From assembly GCA_018055515.1 (NCBI GenBank), contig JAGPHL010000002.1, forward strand, positions 1-39,981: 39,981 nucleotides of DNA. Direction: 5' to 3'. The position numbers and the translations under genes are program-made. Each line of letters opens with the position of its first letter. The stretch's first letter is position 1. The notes beneath the pieces are model-generated. The model was not told the DNA's origin. It saw nothing but the letters and a program-made list of their open reading frames with translations, and made no database searches. Source of the stretch: Anaerolineae bacterium. Its GTDB lineage: Bacteria; Chloroflexota; Anaerolineae; B4-G1; SLSP01. Shown here in pieces: positions 1 through 7,192 of the stretch.

Positions 1-52
1 TCGCCTCTTCGACAGTAGGCGCCGTCATGACCATCTCTTGTTCGAGATCCAC
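1..52 (-). CDS. Partial CDS (N-terminus only, runs off the window); possibly KhpB/Jag-like RNA-binding protein
   Basis: GTG at 52 lies six nt after AGGAGG. It reads VDLEQEMVMTAPTVEEA and stays open to the window edge. Its position downstream of yidC fits the common yidC-jag arrangement. Only about 17 codons are visible. Confidence 0.3.
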   Translation of the reverse strand, partial: MDLEQEMVMTAPTVEEA

Positions 53-66
53 CACGTTCCTCCTCT

Positions 67-189
67 GAAAATAGAGATCAGTGAGTTGTGAGAAGAGAGT
101 CGTCGCAGCCCTCGATCACGACTCACAGCTCACGCCTCACATTGTCATCCGCGGTGGTGTGCCGCAGGAACATGTCAACCCCTCAGCAA
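67..189 (+). repeat. Dispersed intergenic element, copy 1 (module A ATAGAGA..GTGAGAAGAGAGTCGTCGC, a CTCAC heptamer arm, module B CGGTGGTGTGCCGCAGGAACATGTCAAC.CCTCAGCAA)
   Basis: About 90% identical by eye to 9380-9479. Both modules recur inverted at 39721-39793. Confidence 0.8.
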
Positions 190-246
190 GTCAGCGAATC
201 ACTTACGTTACCACGTGTGTGTCCGCGTTCGCAAACGCCAGGCCGG

Positions 247-1065
247 CTATTTGCCTTTAGCTTTTGCCGGCACTTTGGCAGGCGGCTTGCGCGACGTCTT
301 ATCTGCCGTCACAACCGATGCAGAGCTGGCAGCCGCTTTCTCGCTACTGACCGGCGCCCCGACGTAGTGACGCCGGAACAGAAAATATTGAGCAATCCCG
401 ATCAAGTTTGAAATCAACAGGTAGACCGAAAGCCCCGTCGCGTACTGAGCGGAGAAAAATCCCATCATCAACGGCATGGTGATCAACATGGACTGACTCA
501 TGGATTGCGCCTGCGGGTCGGCGTTGGCAGTCGCGGGGGTGAGCAGCTTTTGCTGATACCAGGTCGTCGCCATCACCAACAGCGGCATGATGAAGAACGG
601 ATCGCGCACGGCCAGATCCATCCACAGGAAACGGCCATTGAGGGGGGCCAGCGCACTGAGGCCGGGGATCCAGCGGTAGATGTGCGCCGACAGATCCAGC
701 AGCGCGATCGGCGTCGAAGCCAGCGCGCGAATGATCGCCCCATAGAGAGCGAACATCAACGGCAGCTGGATCAACATGGGCAGACAACCGCCAAGAGGGT
801 TAATGCCCAGCTCCTTGTACAAAGCCATTTGTTCCTGCGCCAGCCGTTCGCGGTCATTCTTGTATTTCTCCTGCAGCGCCTTCATGCGAGGCTGCAGCTC
901 CTGCTGTTTGCGCGCCATCTTCTGCTGGCTCAAGGTCAGCGGGGTAAGCGCTAGCCGCACGAGCAAAGTCAAGGCGGCTACCGCCAGCATCGTCTGATTC
1001 CCCAGCAGCTGGTAGAACAACAACAGCAAATTGGTCAACGGGTCAACAATGAGATAATCCCACAC
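247..1065 (-). CDS. yidC: Membrane protein insertase YidC (short, Oxa1-type)
   Basis: The ORF carries the typical YidC core (LTLSQQKMARKQQELQPRMKALQEKYKNDRERLAQEQMALYKELGINPLGGCLPMLIQLPLMFALY). It has a GTG start and sits in an rpmH-rnpA-yidD-yidC context. Confidence 0.92.
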   Translation of the reverse strand: MWDYLIVDPLTNLLLLFYQLLGNQTMLAVAALTLLVRLALTPLTLSQQKMARKQQELQPRMKALQEKYKNDRERLAQEQMALYKELGINPLGGCLPMLIQLPLMFALYGAIIRALASTPIALLDLSAHIYRWIPGLSALAPLNGRFLWMDLAVRDPFFIMPLLVMATTWYQQKLLTPATANADPQAQSMSQSMLITMPLMMGFFSAQYATGLSVYLLISNLIGIAQYFLFRRHYVGAPVSSEKAAASSASVVTADKTSRKPPAKVPAKAKGK

Positions 1066-1109
1066 AGCTTTTCTCCCTACACTCGCCCCCAGGTTTGAGA
1101 CTTACCGCT

Positions 1110-2291
1110 TCACTCCGGCAACGGATACTGCCACAGCAATTTGCCGTCTTCCGCATCCAACGCCTGGACGCGCGTCGCGGCCATAATGGGCATGACGTAG
1201 ATACGTTCCCCATCGGTTGTCAGATCGCCAGGAAGGCGCGCTCCCTGGGCCACCGAGATCTGCGGCAAGATGCTGCCCGTCGCCGCCTCCAGCGCCCGAA
1301 TGACGCCACTTTGGTATCCCGGCAGGTAAAGGGTCTTTCCATCAGAGCTCAATACACCCTGCCCGCGGAAAATTTCCCCCTCGACACGCTGCTGCCATAT
1401 CACCGAGGGGGTGCGAGTGTCAAACGTGATCACGTTGCCCCCCACGTCAGCGAAAGTGATGCGGCCTGCGCCCGGTGTGCCGGTACTCCAAAACCAGTTT
1501 TCCCCTTCCTCAAAAGTCCACAGGACGGCCCCGGTTTCAGGATCGAGCCGATAGACGCGGTCGCCAAAATCGCCAATCCACAAGCCGCCGTCTACCAACA
1601 CCGGCGCCCCGCCGAAAGCGCCGCGCCCTTCAAACTTCCACTTGAGCGCCCCATCCGCAAGAGCGAGAGCATACAGCCCATGATCCATGGAAGCGACATA
1701 GACGGTGTCCTCCACAATCAAGGGAGTCGTCCAGATGCGCTCCCGCGTGGCAAAACGCCACGCCAACGTGCCATCCGCCAGATTCAGCGCATAAACGCTG
1801 CCGTCACCATTGCCGATGACGAACAAATCGCCGCCAATGGCGCCGCCCGCGACATATTGTCCCTTGGCGCCCTCGGCTTCAGGCAGGGCTCCCAGCGCCT
1901 GCAACAGGGGTCCGACGAGGGGGATCGTGCTCCCCTTCTCACGCGGATAGACCCAGGCGACGCCGGGGACCGCGCGGGTGTTATCGGTCAGTTGCAAAGC
2001 ATAGACTTCCTGACCGTGCAGGGTCGCAACCAGCAACAGTTTGCGTTCCGCATCGTAGGTTGGCCGGGCATAAAAGCCCGTCGTCGCCGCGTTAGCGCGC
2101 GTGCCGGGCATCCAGCTCCACAATTCCTCTCCCGTCTCCGCATCCAGCGCGCGGACGTGGTCCATATCGGCGATGTACAGCACGCCATCGGCCACTACCG
2201 CGCCTGCCCAGCTTTCCTGTCGCGCGCCAGCGCAGCCGGAAAGCGCCAACAATACCAGACTCAGTCCCAAAAGGACCCACCAGCGTTTCAT
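1110..2291 (-). CDS. PQQ-like beta-propeller repeat lipoprotein (BamB/YfgL-like fold)
   Basis: It has a lipobox-like signal peptide (LLALSGCAG). Repeated G.L(W/Y).(F/Y) blades (DGVLYIA, DTVYVAS, GLYALALADGALKWKF, GAVLWTF, DGKLLWQY) are typical of PQQ-type propellers. Confidence 0.8.
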   Translation of the reverse strand: MKRWWVLLGLSLVLLALSGCAGARQESWAGAVVADGVLYIADMDHVRALDAETGEELWSWMPGTRANAATTGFYARPTYDAERKLLLVATLHGQEVYALQLTDNTRAVPGVAWVYPREKGSTIPLVGPLLQALGALPEAEGAKGQYVAGGAIGGDLFVIGNGDGSVYALNLADGTLAWRFATRERIWTTPLIVEDTVYVASMDHGLYALALADGALKWKFEGRGAFGGAPVLVDGGLWIGDFGDRVYRLDPETGAVLWTFEEGENWFWSTGTPGAGRITFADVGGNVITFDTRTPSVIWQQRVEGEIFRGQGVLSSDGKTLYLPGYQSGVIRALEAATGSILPQISVAQGARLPGDLTTDGERIYVMPIMAATRVQALDAEDGKLLWQYPLPE

Positions 2292-2303
2292 GCATCCTCC
2301 AAA

Positions 2304-2513
2304 TTACGGGACGGGATCATAGCCCCCCGGGTGAAAAGGATGGCAACGCAGGATCCGATGCACTGCCAGCCATCCGCCGCGCCACACGCCATAGCGACTG
2401 ATCGCTTCATAGCTGTACTGTGAACAGGTGGGGGTAAAACGACATGAGGGAGGTAAACCCGGAGAAATCGCCCGTTGGTAAAAGCGAATGACTGCTAAAA
2501 CGATTGCCTGCAT
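2304..2513 (-). CDS. yidD: Membrane protein insertion efficiency factor YidD
   Basis: 69 aa with the hallmark sequence [31 protein letters not shown]...G..LAV.RILRCHP. Confidence 0.92.
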   Translation of the reverse strand: MQAIVLAVIRFYQRAISPGLPPSCRFTPTCSQYSYEAISRYGVWRGGWLAVHRILRCHPFHPGGYDPVP

Positions 2514-2522
2514 AACTGTCGC

Positions 2523-2900
2523 TCAATCTTGCCACAATCCCGAACGCTGCAACAGCGCTCTCAACGCCGCTTCAACCTGCGGCTCACTGGCAGCATTCAA
2601 CGTAGCACGCGCTACCAACACCAGATCCCAGCCAGGTTCCAGATGCGGATAAAGATGGCGTGCCGCCTCGCGCAACAAGCGTCGCGCCCGATTGCGTTGC
2701 ACTGCGCCGCCCACCTTCCGGCTGGCCGTTATGCCAATTCTGGAGCTCGACAAATCGTTGCGAACGCACCATAACACAAACAAGGGATGCACCCATGACT
2801 GCCCGTGATTCCACACATGGCGAAAATCCTCTGGGCGCCGCAGGCACATTCCCTTGTGCCAGGGAAACTCCCCCAATGCAATCGTAGCCGGCGCCCTCAC
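2523..2900 (-). CDS. rnpA: Ribonuclease P protein component
   Basis: Contains the RnpA motif block [12 protein letters not shown]......F, then [23 protein letters not shown]. The GTG start at 2900 overlaps the rpmH stop (GTGA). An alternative ATG start lies at 2849. Confidence 0.85.
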   Translation of the reverse strand: MRAPATIALGEFPWHKGMCLRRPEDFRHVWNHGQSWVHPLFVLWCVRNDLSSSRIGITASRKVGGAVQRNRARRLLREAARHLYPHLEPGWDLVLVARATLNAASEPQVEAALRALLQRSGLWQD

Positions 2901-3100
2901 GCCCGGCGTGGACGCTGAGCGCTTTCCTTCCAGTTGATGCGCTTCGCGCCGCCGAGGCTCACGGACACCAGGCGCTTGCGGCCGCGCAGGCGCCGTCGCT
3001 TGAGGACGTTGCGCCCGTCCTGAGTGGCCATGCGCGCCCGGAAACCATGCGTGCGCATCCTTTTACGCTTCTTGGGTTGATAAGTGCGTTTCGTCGCCAT
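2897..3100 (-). CDS. rpmH: 50S ribosomal protein L34, with a C-terminal extension of about 19 aa
   Basis: [44 protein letters not shown] is canonical L34. The ORF then continues with [20 protein letters not shown]. Confidence 0.92.
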   Translation of the reverse strand: MATKRTYQPKKRKRMRTHGFRARMATQDGRNVLKRRRLRGRKRLVSVSLGGAKRINWKESAQRPRRA

Positions 3101-3231
3101 GCTTCATGCTCTCCTTACCCTTGTATTTCTCGAAAATTCAAGCCTGGATCTTTTCAGAGTGCGCAAACCTTGTTCACACACACAAAACCGCGCGGTCGCC
3201 CGCTGCGGTTTTGTGCCTCCAGGGCCAAGAC

Positions 3232-3259
3232 ATTATACCGTAAGCGGTCACTAAGTCAA
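3232..3259 (-). promoter_or_regulatory. Candidate sigma70-type promoter for rpmH (TTGACT-16-TATAAT on the minus strand)
   Basis: The reverse complement reads TTGACTtagtgaccgcttacggTATAAT, about 130 nt upstream of the rpmH ATG. Confidence 0.5.
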
Positions 3260-3287
3260 CCTTGCGCTGACCCAACCTCCCGCTCCC

Positions 3288-3315
3288 TTGCTTCCATGAA
3301 GCAGTATGGTAAACT
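3288..3315 (+). promoter_or_regulatory. Candidate promoter for rsgA (TTGCTT-16-TAAACT with an extended TG)
   Basis: TTGCTTccatgaagcagtaTGgTAAACT lies about 105 nt upstream of the rsgA ATG. Confidence 0.45.
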
Positions 3316-3421
3316 GAGGGGCAATCAGGCGGCATCGTGTGCAAGGGTCAGGAGATAAAGGCAGCGGCTCCCATTCATCCCGGGGCGGCACCGGCTCAGC
3401 CAGACGGCTCAGAAAGGGGCC

Positions 3422-4414
3422 ATGGACTCATCTAACCAGGAAGCGCAAGTGATCAAGGCGCAAAGCGGCTTTTACACGCTGCGGACAGCCGACGGCAGCA
3501 CGATCGTCGCGCGCGTGCGCGGTAAACTCAAACACAAGCAGCAAGATAGCACAATCGTCGCCGTCGGCGATCGCGTGCGCTGGGAGCCCAGCCCCGAAGG
3601 GGGGTTCAGCATCACCGAGGTGCTGCCGCGCGACCGCGCGCTCAGCCGTCTCAAGCCGCTCTCCTCCGGGCGCGGGACCCGGCGTTGGGATCGGCAGGGC
3701 TATCTGCGCGAGAAAGAGCAAATCCTCATTGCTAACCCCGATCAAGTTGTGTTTGTCCTGGCGTGCGCGCAACCTGACCCCCATCTGCGGATGCTGGATC
3801 GGCTGCTGGTAGGCGCCGAGCGGCAGAACATCCCGGCGCTGATCTGCGCCAATAAGGTAGACCTGGTTTCTGAGGCGGACGCCCGGCAGCGTTTCGCCAT
3901 CTACGAGCGGATCGGCTACCCGGTGCTCTACACCAGCGCGAGCACCGGCGCCGGCATCGAGGCCCTGCGCGCCAGCCTCAAGGATCAGCTCAGCGCGCTG
4001 GTCGGCCCCTCGGGAGTGGGCAAGACCAGCCTGCTCAACGCGCTCCAGCCGGGGTTAGGGCGCCGGGTCAAAGCAGTGAGCGAAGCGACCGGCAAAGGTC
4101 GTCACACCACGACGGTGACTGAAATGATCCCGCTGGAGATCGGCGGCTGGGTCGCCGATACTCCCGGCATCCGCGCGCTGGCGTTGTTCGACCTGGAGCC
4201 GGAGGAAATTGATGCGTACTTTCCTGATATCGCGCCCTACGTGCCGCACTGCGCGTTTTCGGATTGCAGCCATCACCTGGAGCCCGGCTGTGCGGTGCTG
4301 GCAGCGCTCGCGGCCGGCGCGATTGACCGGCATCGCTACGAGAGCTACGTGAGATTGCATGAGGAACATCGCAAGCTCGCCGACATGTACTGGTGGGGCA
4401 TTGATGAAGACTAG
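3422..4414 (+). CDS. rsgA: Ribosome small-subunit-dependent GTPase A (RsgA/YjeQ)
   Basis: Shows the circularly permuted GTPase order NKVDL ... GPSGVGKTSLLNAL ... GRHTTT ... DTPG. A C-terminal Zn-finger-like segment CAFSDCSHHLEPGC follows. Confidence 0.92.
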   Translation: MDSSNQEAQVIKAQSGFYTLRTADGSTIVARVRGKLKHKQQDSTIVAVGDRVRWEPSPEGGFSITEVLPRDRALSRLKPLSSGRGTRRWDRQGYLREKEQILIANPDQVVFVLACAQPDPHLRMLDRLLVGAERQNIPALICANKVDLVSEADARQRFAIYERIGYPVLYTSASTGAGIEALRASLKDQLSALVGPSGVGKTSLLNALQPGLGRRVKAVSEATGKGRHTTTVTEMIPLEIGGWVADTPGIRALALFDLEPEEIDAYFPDIAPYVPHCAFSDCSHHLEPGCAVLAALAAGAIDRHRYESYVRLHEEHRKLADMYWWGIDED

Positions 4415-4499
4415 CATTCAGGCTGCAACCGCAGAAATCACACCAAAGCATTCTACGAGTTAAAAAACGCCATGAGACCTCATCCAAAGGAGACAGGAA

Positions 4500-5168
4500 A
4501 TGTCCAAACACTTGCGTCTAGGGATCGCCATCCTGGCAATAGGGTTGGCGCTGGCGACGCCGACCGTCGCGCTCGCGTACCAGCATGGCCCGGGGCTTCC
4601 ACCGCCGCCCGAGTGGCCTATCATCGGCCCCATTTTGCGCTGGCTGGGGATAATTGAGGAGACTCCCGCAGAGATGCCAACGTTCGATCCCACCTATACC
4701 GAACATCGCCTCACGACACTCCAGGACGCGCAGTCGCTATGGGAAAGCCTGGAACCTGAGGCGCGCGTCCGCGTCATCGTCGGCCAGGAAGACGCGAACG
4801 CGGCCTTGCAGACAGCGGTGCAAAACGTGCCGGGACTCGACGACGTCACACTCACCTTCGAGAGCGGCTCCATCACCCTGGCGGCGACGGTCAAGCGCTC
4901 GGTGCTGGAACGCCAGGGCGTTCAACTGCCGTTCTTCATCACCAGCCAGGAAATCAAGGGAGAGCTTCAAATCGCCCTGGGCGCTGCGGAATGTCGCCCG
5001 ACCCTCACGGTGCAAAAAGTGCGTCTCGGGAAAATTGGGCTGCCGCTGCGAAGCCTGGCAGAGGAAGCCTTCAATGAGCAAATGCAACAAGAGTGGATGT
5101 CCCAGGTGTGCATCGAGCGCGTCTTCATGCTGCCCGGGGAATTCGCGGTAGAAGGTTATCGGCGCTAA
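4500..5168 (+). CDS. Hypothetical secreted protein
   Basis: The SD AAAGGAGA precedes the ATG. The N-terminus is signal-peptide-like (LRLGIAILAIGLALATPTVALA). No family was recognised. Confidence 0.6.
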   Translation: MSKHLRLGIAILAIGLALATPTVALAYQHGPGLPPPPEWPIIGPILRWLGIIEETPAEMPTFDPTYTEHRLTTLQDAQSLWESLEPEARVRVIVGQEDANAALQTAVQNVPGLDDVTLTFESGSITLAATVKRSVLERQGVQLPFFITSQEIKGELQIALGAAECRPTLTVQKVRLGKIGLPLRSLAEEAFNEQMQQEWMSQVCIERVFMLPGEFAVEGYRR

Positions 5169-5176
5169 AGGGAGGC

Positions 5177-5893
5177 ATGATGTCCATCCAGGCCATTCTC
5201 TTCGATCTTGACGGTACTTTCCTGGAATTCGACATGGTTCAGGAGTTATTTCCCCACTACCTGCGCGCGCTGACCGAGTGGATGTCGCCTTACGTACCGC
5301 CGGAGCGCTTCGTTCCGGCACTATACGCGGGCACCGAGGCCATCACCCACAACGACGGACGGCAGACCAACGCCGAAGCCTTCGCCGCGGCCTTCTTCGC
5401 CCGGGTGGAGCAACCACGGGAGCTGCTCGAACCGGTGTTCGAGGCTTTCTACCGCGAGGCCTTCCCCGCCCTGCAACATCTCGCCCGTCCCCGCCCGGCA
5501 GCGCGACGCATCGTAGAACGGGCCTTCGCCCTGGGATATGAGGTGGTCATCGCCACCAACCCGTATTTCCCCGCCAGCGCCACGCTCGAACGGCTGCGCT
5601 GGGCCAATGTCGCGGATTTCCCCTATCATCACATCACCACCTACGAAAACAGCCGCGCCGTGAAACCCACCCCCCGCTATTACTACGACATCCTGGAACT
5701 CCTGGGCCGCGGCCCGGCGGAAGCGCTCATGGTCGGCGACGAGGCGATGGACATGGCGGCCGGGGCACTGGGATGCCTCACCTACCTGGTCAAGAGCCCG
5801 GCGACCACCGCGGAGGCCTTCAACCCGCCGCCGACATTCCAGGGTGACCTGGAGACGCTGGAAGAAGTGTTGCTGCAATTGCGCGCTCAATAG
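5177..5893 (+). CDS. HAD-superfamily hydrolase
   Basis: The internal ATG at 5177 is preceded by AAAGGGAGG. HAD motif I (LFDLDGT) lies near the N-terminus and a late GD motif (VGDEAMD) follows. The track ORF start at 5093 would overlap the upstream gene. Confidence 0.8.
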   Translation: MMSIQAILFDLDGTFLEFDMVQELFPHYLRALTEWMSPYVPPERFVPALYAGTEAITHNDGRQTNAEAFAAAFFARVEQPRELLEPVFEAFYREAFPALQHLARPRPAARRIVERAFALGYEVVIATNPYFPASATLERLRWANVADFPYHHITTYENSRAVKPTPRYYYDILELLGRGPAEALMVGDEAMDMAAGALGCLTYLVKSPATTAEAFNPPPTFQGDLETLEEVLLQLRAQ

Positions 5894-5909
5894 AGTGCAT
5901 CAAAAAAAC

Positions 5910-5941
5910 GTTCCCCTTTCCCCGATGGAGGAAAGGGGAAC
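5910..5941. terminator. 12-bp GC-rich hairpin after the HAD gene (terminator-like, no clean T-tract on the plus strand)
   Basis: GTTCCCCTTTCC-ccgatgga-GGAAAGGGGAAC, preceded by A7. Confidence 0.4.
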
Positions 5942-5959
5942 AACAACGAAAGGCCGGCC

Positions 5960-7192
5960 ATGAACCATTATCCACGGGTCTACCTGAAACCTGGACGCGA
6001 GGCCTCCATCCAACGGCGACATCCCTGGGTGTTTTCCGGCGGAATCGCGCGGGTCGAAGGGCAGCCGGCGCCCGGCGCGCTGGTCGCCCTCCACAGCGCC
6101 GAGGGGAAATTCCTCGCCTGGGGACATTACAGCGCCGCCTCGCAGATTCGCGTGCGGCTGCTCTCCTGGGATCCGGCAGAGGATCCTGAGGCCCCAGAGT
6201 TCTGGCGGACGCGGCTCAAGCGCGCCCTCGAAGCGCGCGCGCCGTTGCTTGCGGACGGACGCACGACGGCCTGTCGGCTGGTCAACGCGGAATCGGACGG
6301 CCTGCCGGGCCTCATCGTGGACCGCTACGGCGACGTCCTGGTGCTCCAGGCCCTCACGGCCGGCATCGAGGCGCGGCGAGCTCTGCTGGGCGAGCTGCTC
6401 GTGCAGGCACTCCACCCCCAGACAATCTATGAACGCAGCGACGCGGACGTGCGGCAGCATGAGGACCTCCCCTCGCGGGTTGGAATCCTCTACGGCGCGG
6501 AACCGCCAGAGACGCTGGAAATCCTGGAAAACGGCCGGCGCTTTCGGGTGGATGTGCGTCGCGGACACAAGACCGGCTTCTACCTCGATCAACGGGACAA
6601 CCGGCGACTGCTCGGCGAGCGGATCGCGGCCCTCGCGCGGGCGGGGCGGCTCCTCGACATGCTCAACGTCTTTTCCTACACGGGCGGCTTTGCCGTTTAC
6701 GCGCTGGCTTACGGCGGCGACGCCGTGCGCAGCATCACCAACGTGGATGTCTCCAACGACGCCCTTCAAATGGGACGCGCCAATCTGGCGCAGAACGGCC
6801 TCAAAGCAGAGCAGGTGACCGACATCAGCGGCGATGCGTTCCAGGTGCTGCGGACACTGCGTCAGCAAGGCCGCTCCTTCGATGTGATCGTGCTCGACCC
6901 GCCCAAATTCGCCTTCACGCAAAAAGACGTCCAGAAAGCCGCGCGCGGCTACAAGGACATCAACTTACAGGCGCTGCACCTGCTGCGCGCCGGCGGCTAT
7001 CTGTTCACCTTCTCGTGCTCCGGGGCAATTTCGGCGGATTTGCTGCAGAAGATCGTTTTCGGCGCCGCCCTCGATGCCGGCCGGGACGTCCAGCTCGTCG
7101 GCTGGATGACGCAGGCCGAGGATCACCCGGTGGCGCTGACCTTCCCCGAAGGCGCCTATCTGAAAGGCTTGCTCTGCTATGTGGCCGCCTAG
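5960..7192 (+). CDS. rlmI: Class I SAM-dependent 23S rRNA (cytosine-C5) methyltransferase, RlmI-like (PUA plus MTase)
   Basis: The N-terminus (L.PGRE.S...RHPW.F.G) is typical of RlmI/YccW. It also shows LVNAESDGLPGLIVDRYGD, KTGFYLDQRDNR and VIVLDPPKF. Confidence 0.87.
   Translation: MNHYPRVYLKPGREASIQRRHPWVFSGGIARVEGQPAPGALVALHSAEGKFLAWGHYSAASQIRVRLLSWDPAEDPEAPEFWRTRLKRALEARAPLLADGRTTACRLVNAESDGLPGLIVDRYGDVLVLQALTAGIEARRALLGELLVQALHPQTIYERSDADVRQHEDLPSRVGILYGAEPPETLEILENGRRFRVDVRRGHKTGFYLDQRDNRRLLGERIAALARAGRLLDMLNVFSYTGGFAVYALAYGGDAVRSITNVDVSNDALQMGRANLAQNGLKAEQVTDISGDAFQVLRTLRQQGRSFDVIVLDPPKFAFTQKDVQKAARGYKDINLQALHLLRAGGYLFTFSCSGAISADLLQKIVFGAALDAGRDVQLVGWMTQAEDHPVALTFPEGAYLKGLLCYVAA

Noticed and set aside
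173-178. The TTGACA inside repeat module B (also at 39761-39766) treated as a bona fide -35 box of a portable promoter.
   Set aside because: No -10-like hexamer lies at 16-19 nt spacing in any copy, and copy 2 lacks the TTGACA altogether. It is left as an open possibility in the findings, not annotated as a promoter.
88-411. ORFs 88-411, 9401-9658 and 39636-39833 share peptide fragments (MRRESSQP..., ...CRRNMSTPQQ...), suggesting a small protein family.
   Set aside because: The shared residues come from reading through the dispersed DNA repeat in different contexts and orientations. There is no SD and no consistent frame or length, and 88-411 overlaps the yidC 3' end.
1095-2423. A long 442-aa ORF antisense to the PQQ propeller gene. 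Similar long antisense or overlapping ORFs lie at 5900-6922, 9594-10391, 14578-15759, 18943-19827, 20601-21482, 27570-29006, 31103-32929, 33163-34149 and 37022-38752.
   Set aside because: All lie opposite ORFs with clear family signatures. Their translations are Arg/Ala/Gly/Pro-rich and low-complexity with no recognisable motifs. This is the pattern expected for stop-codon-poor antisense frames in high-GC DNA.
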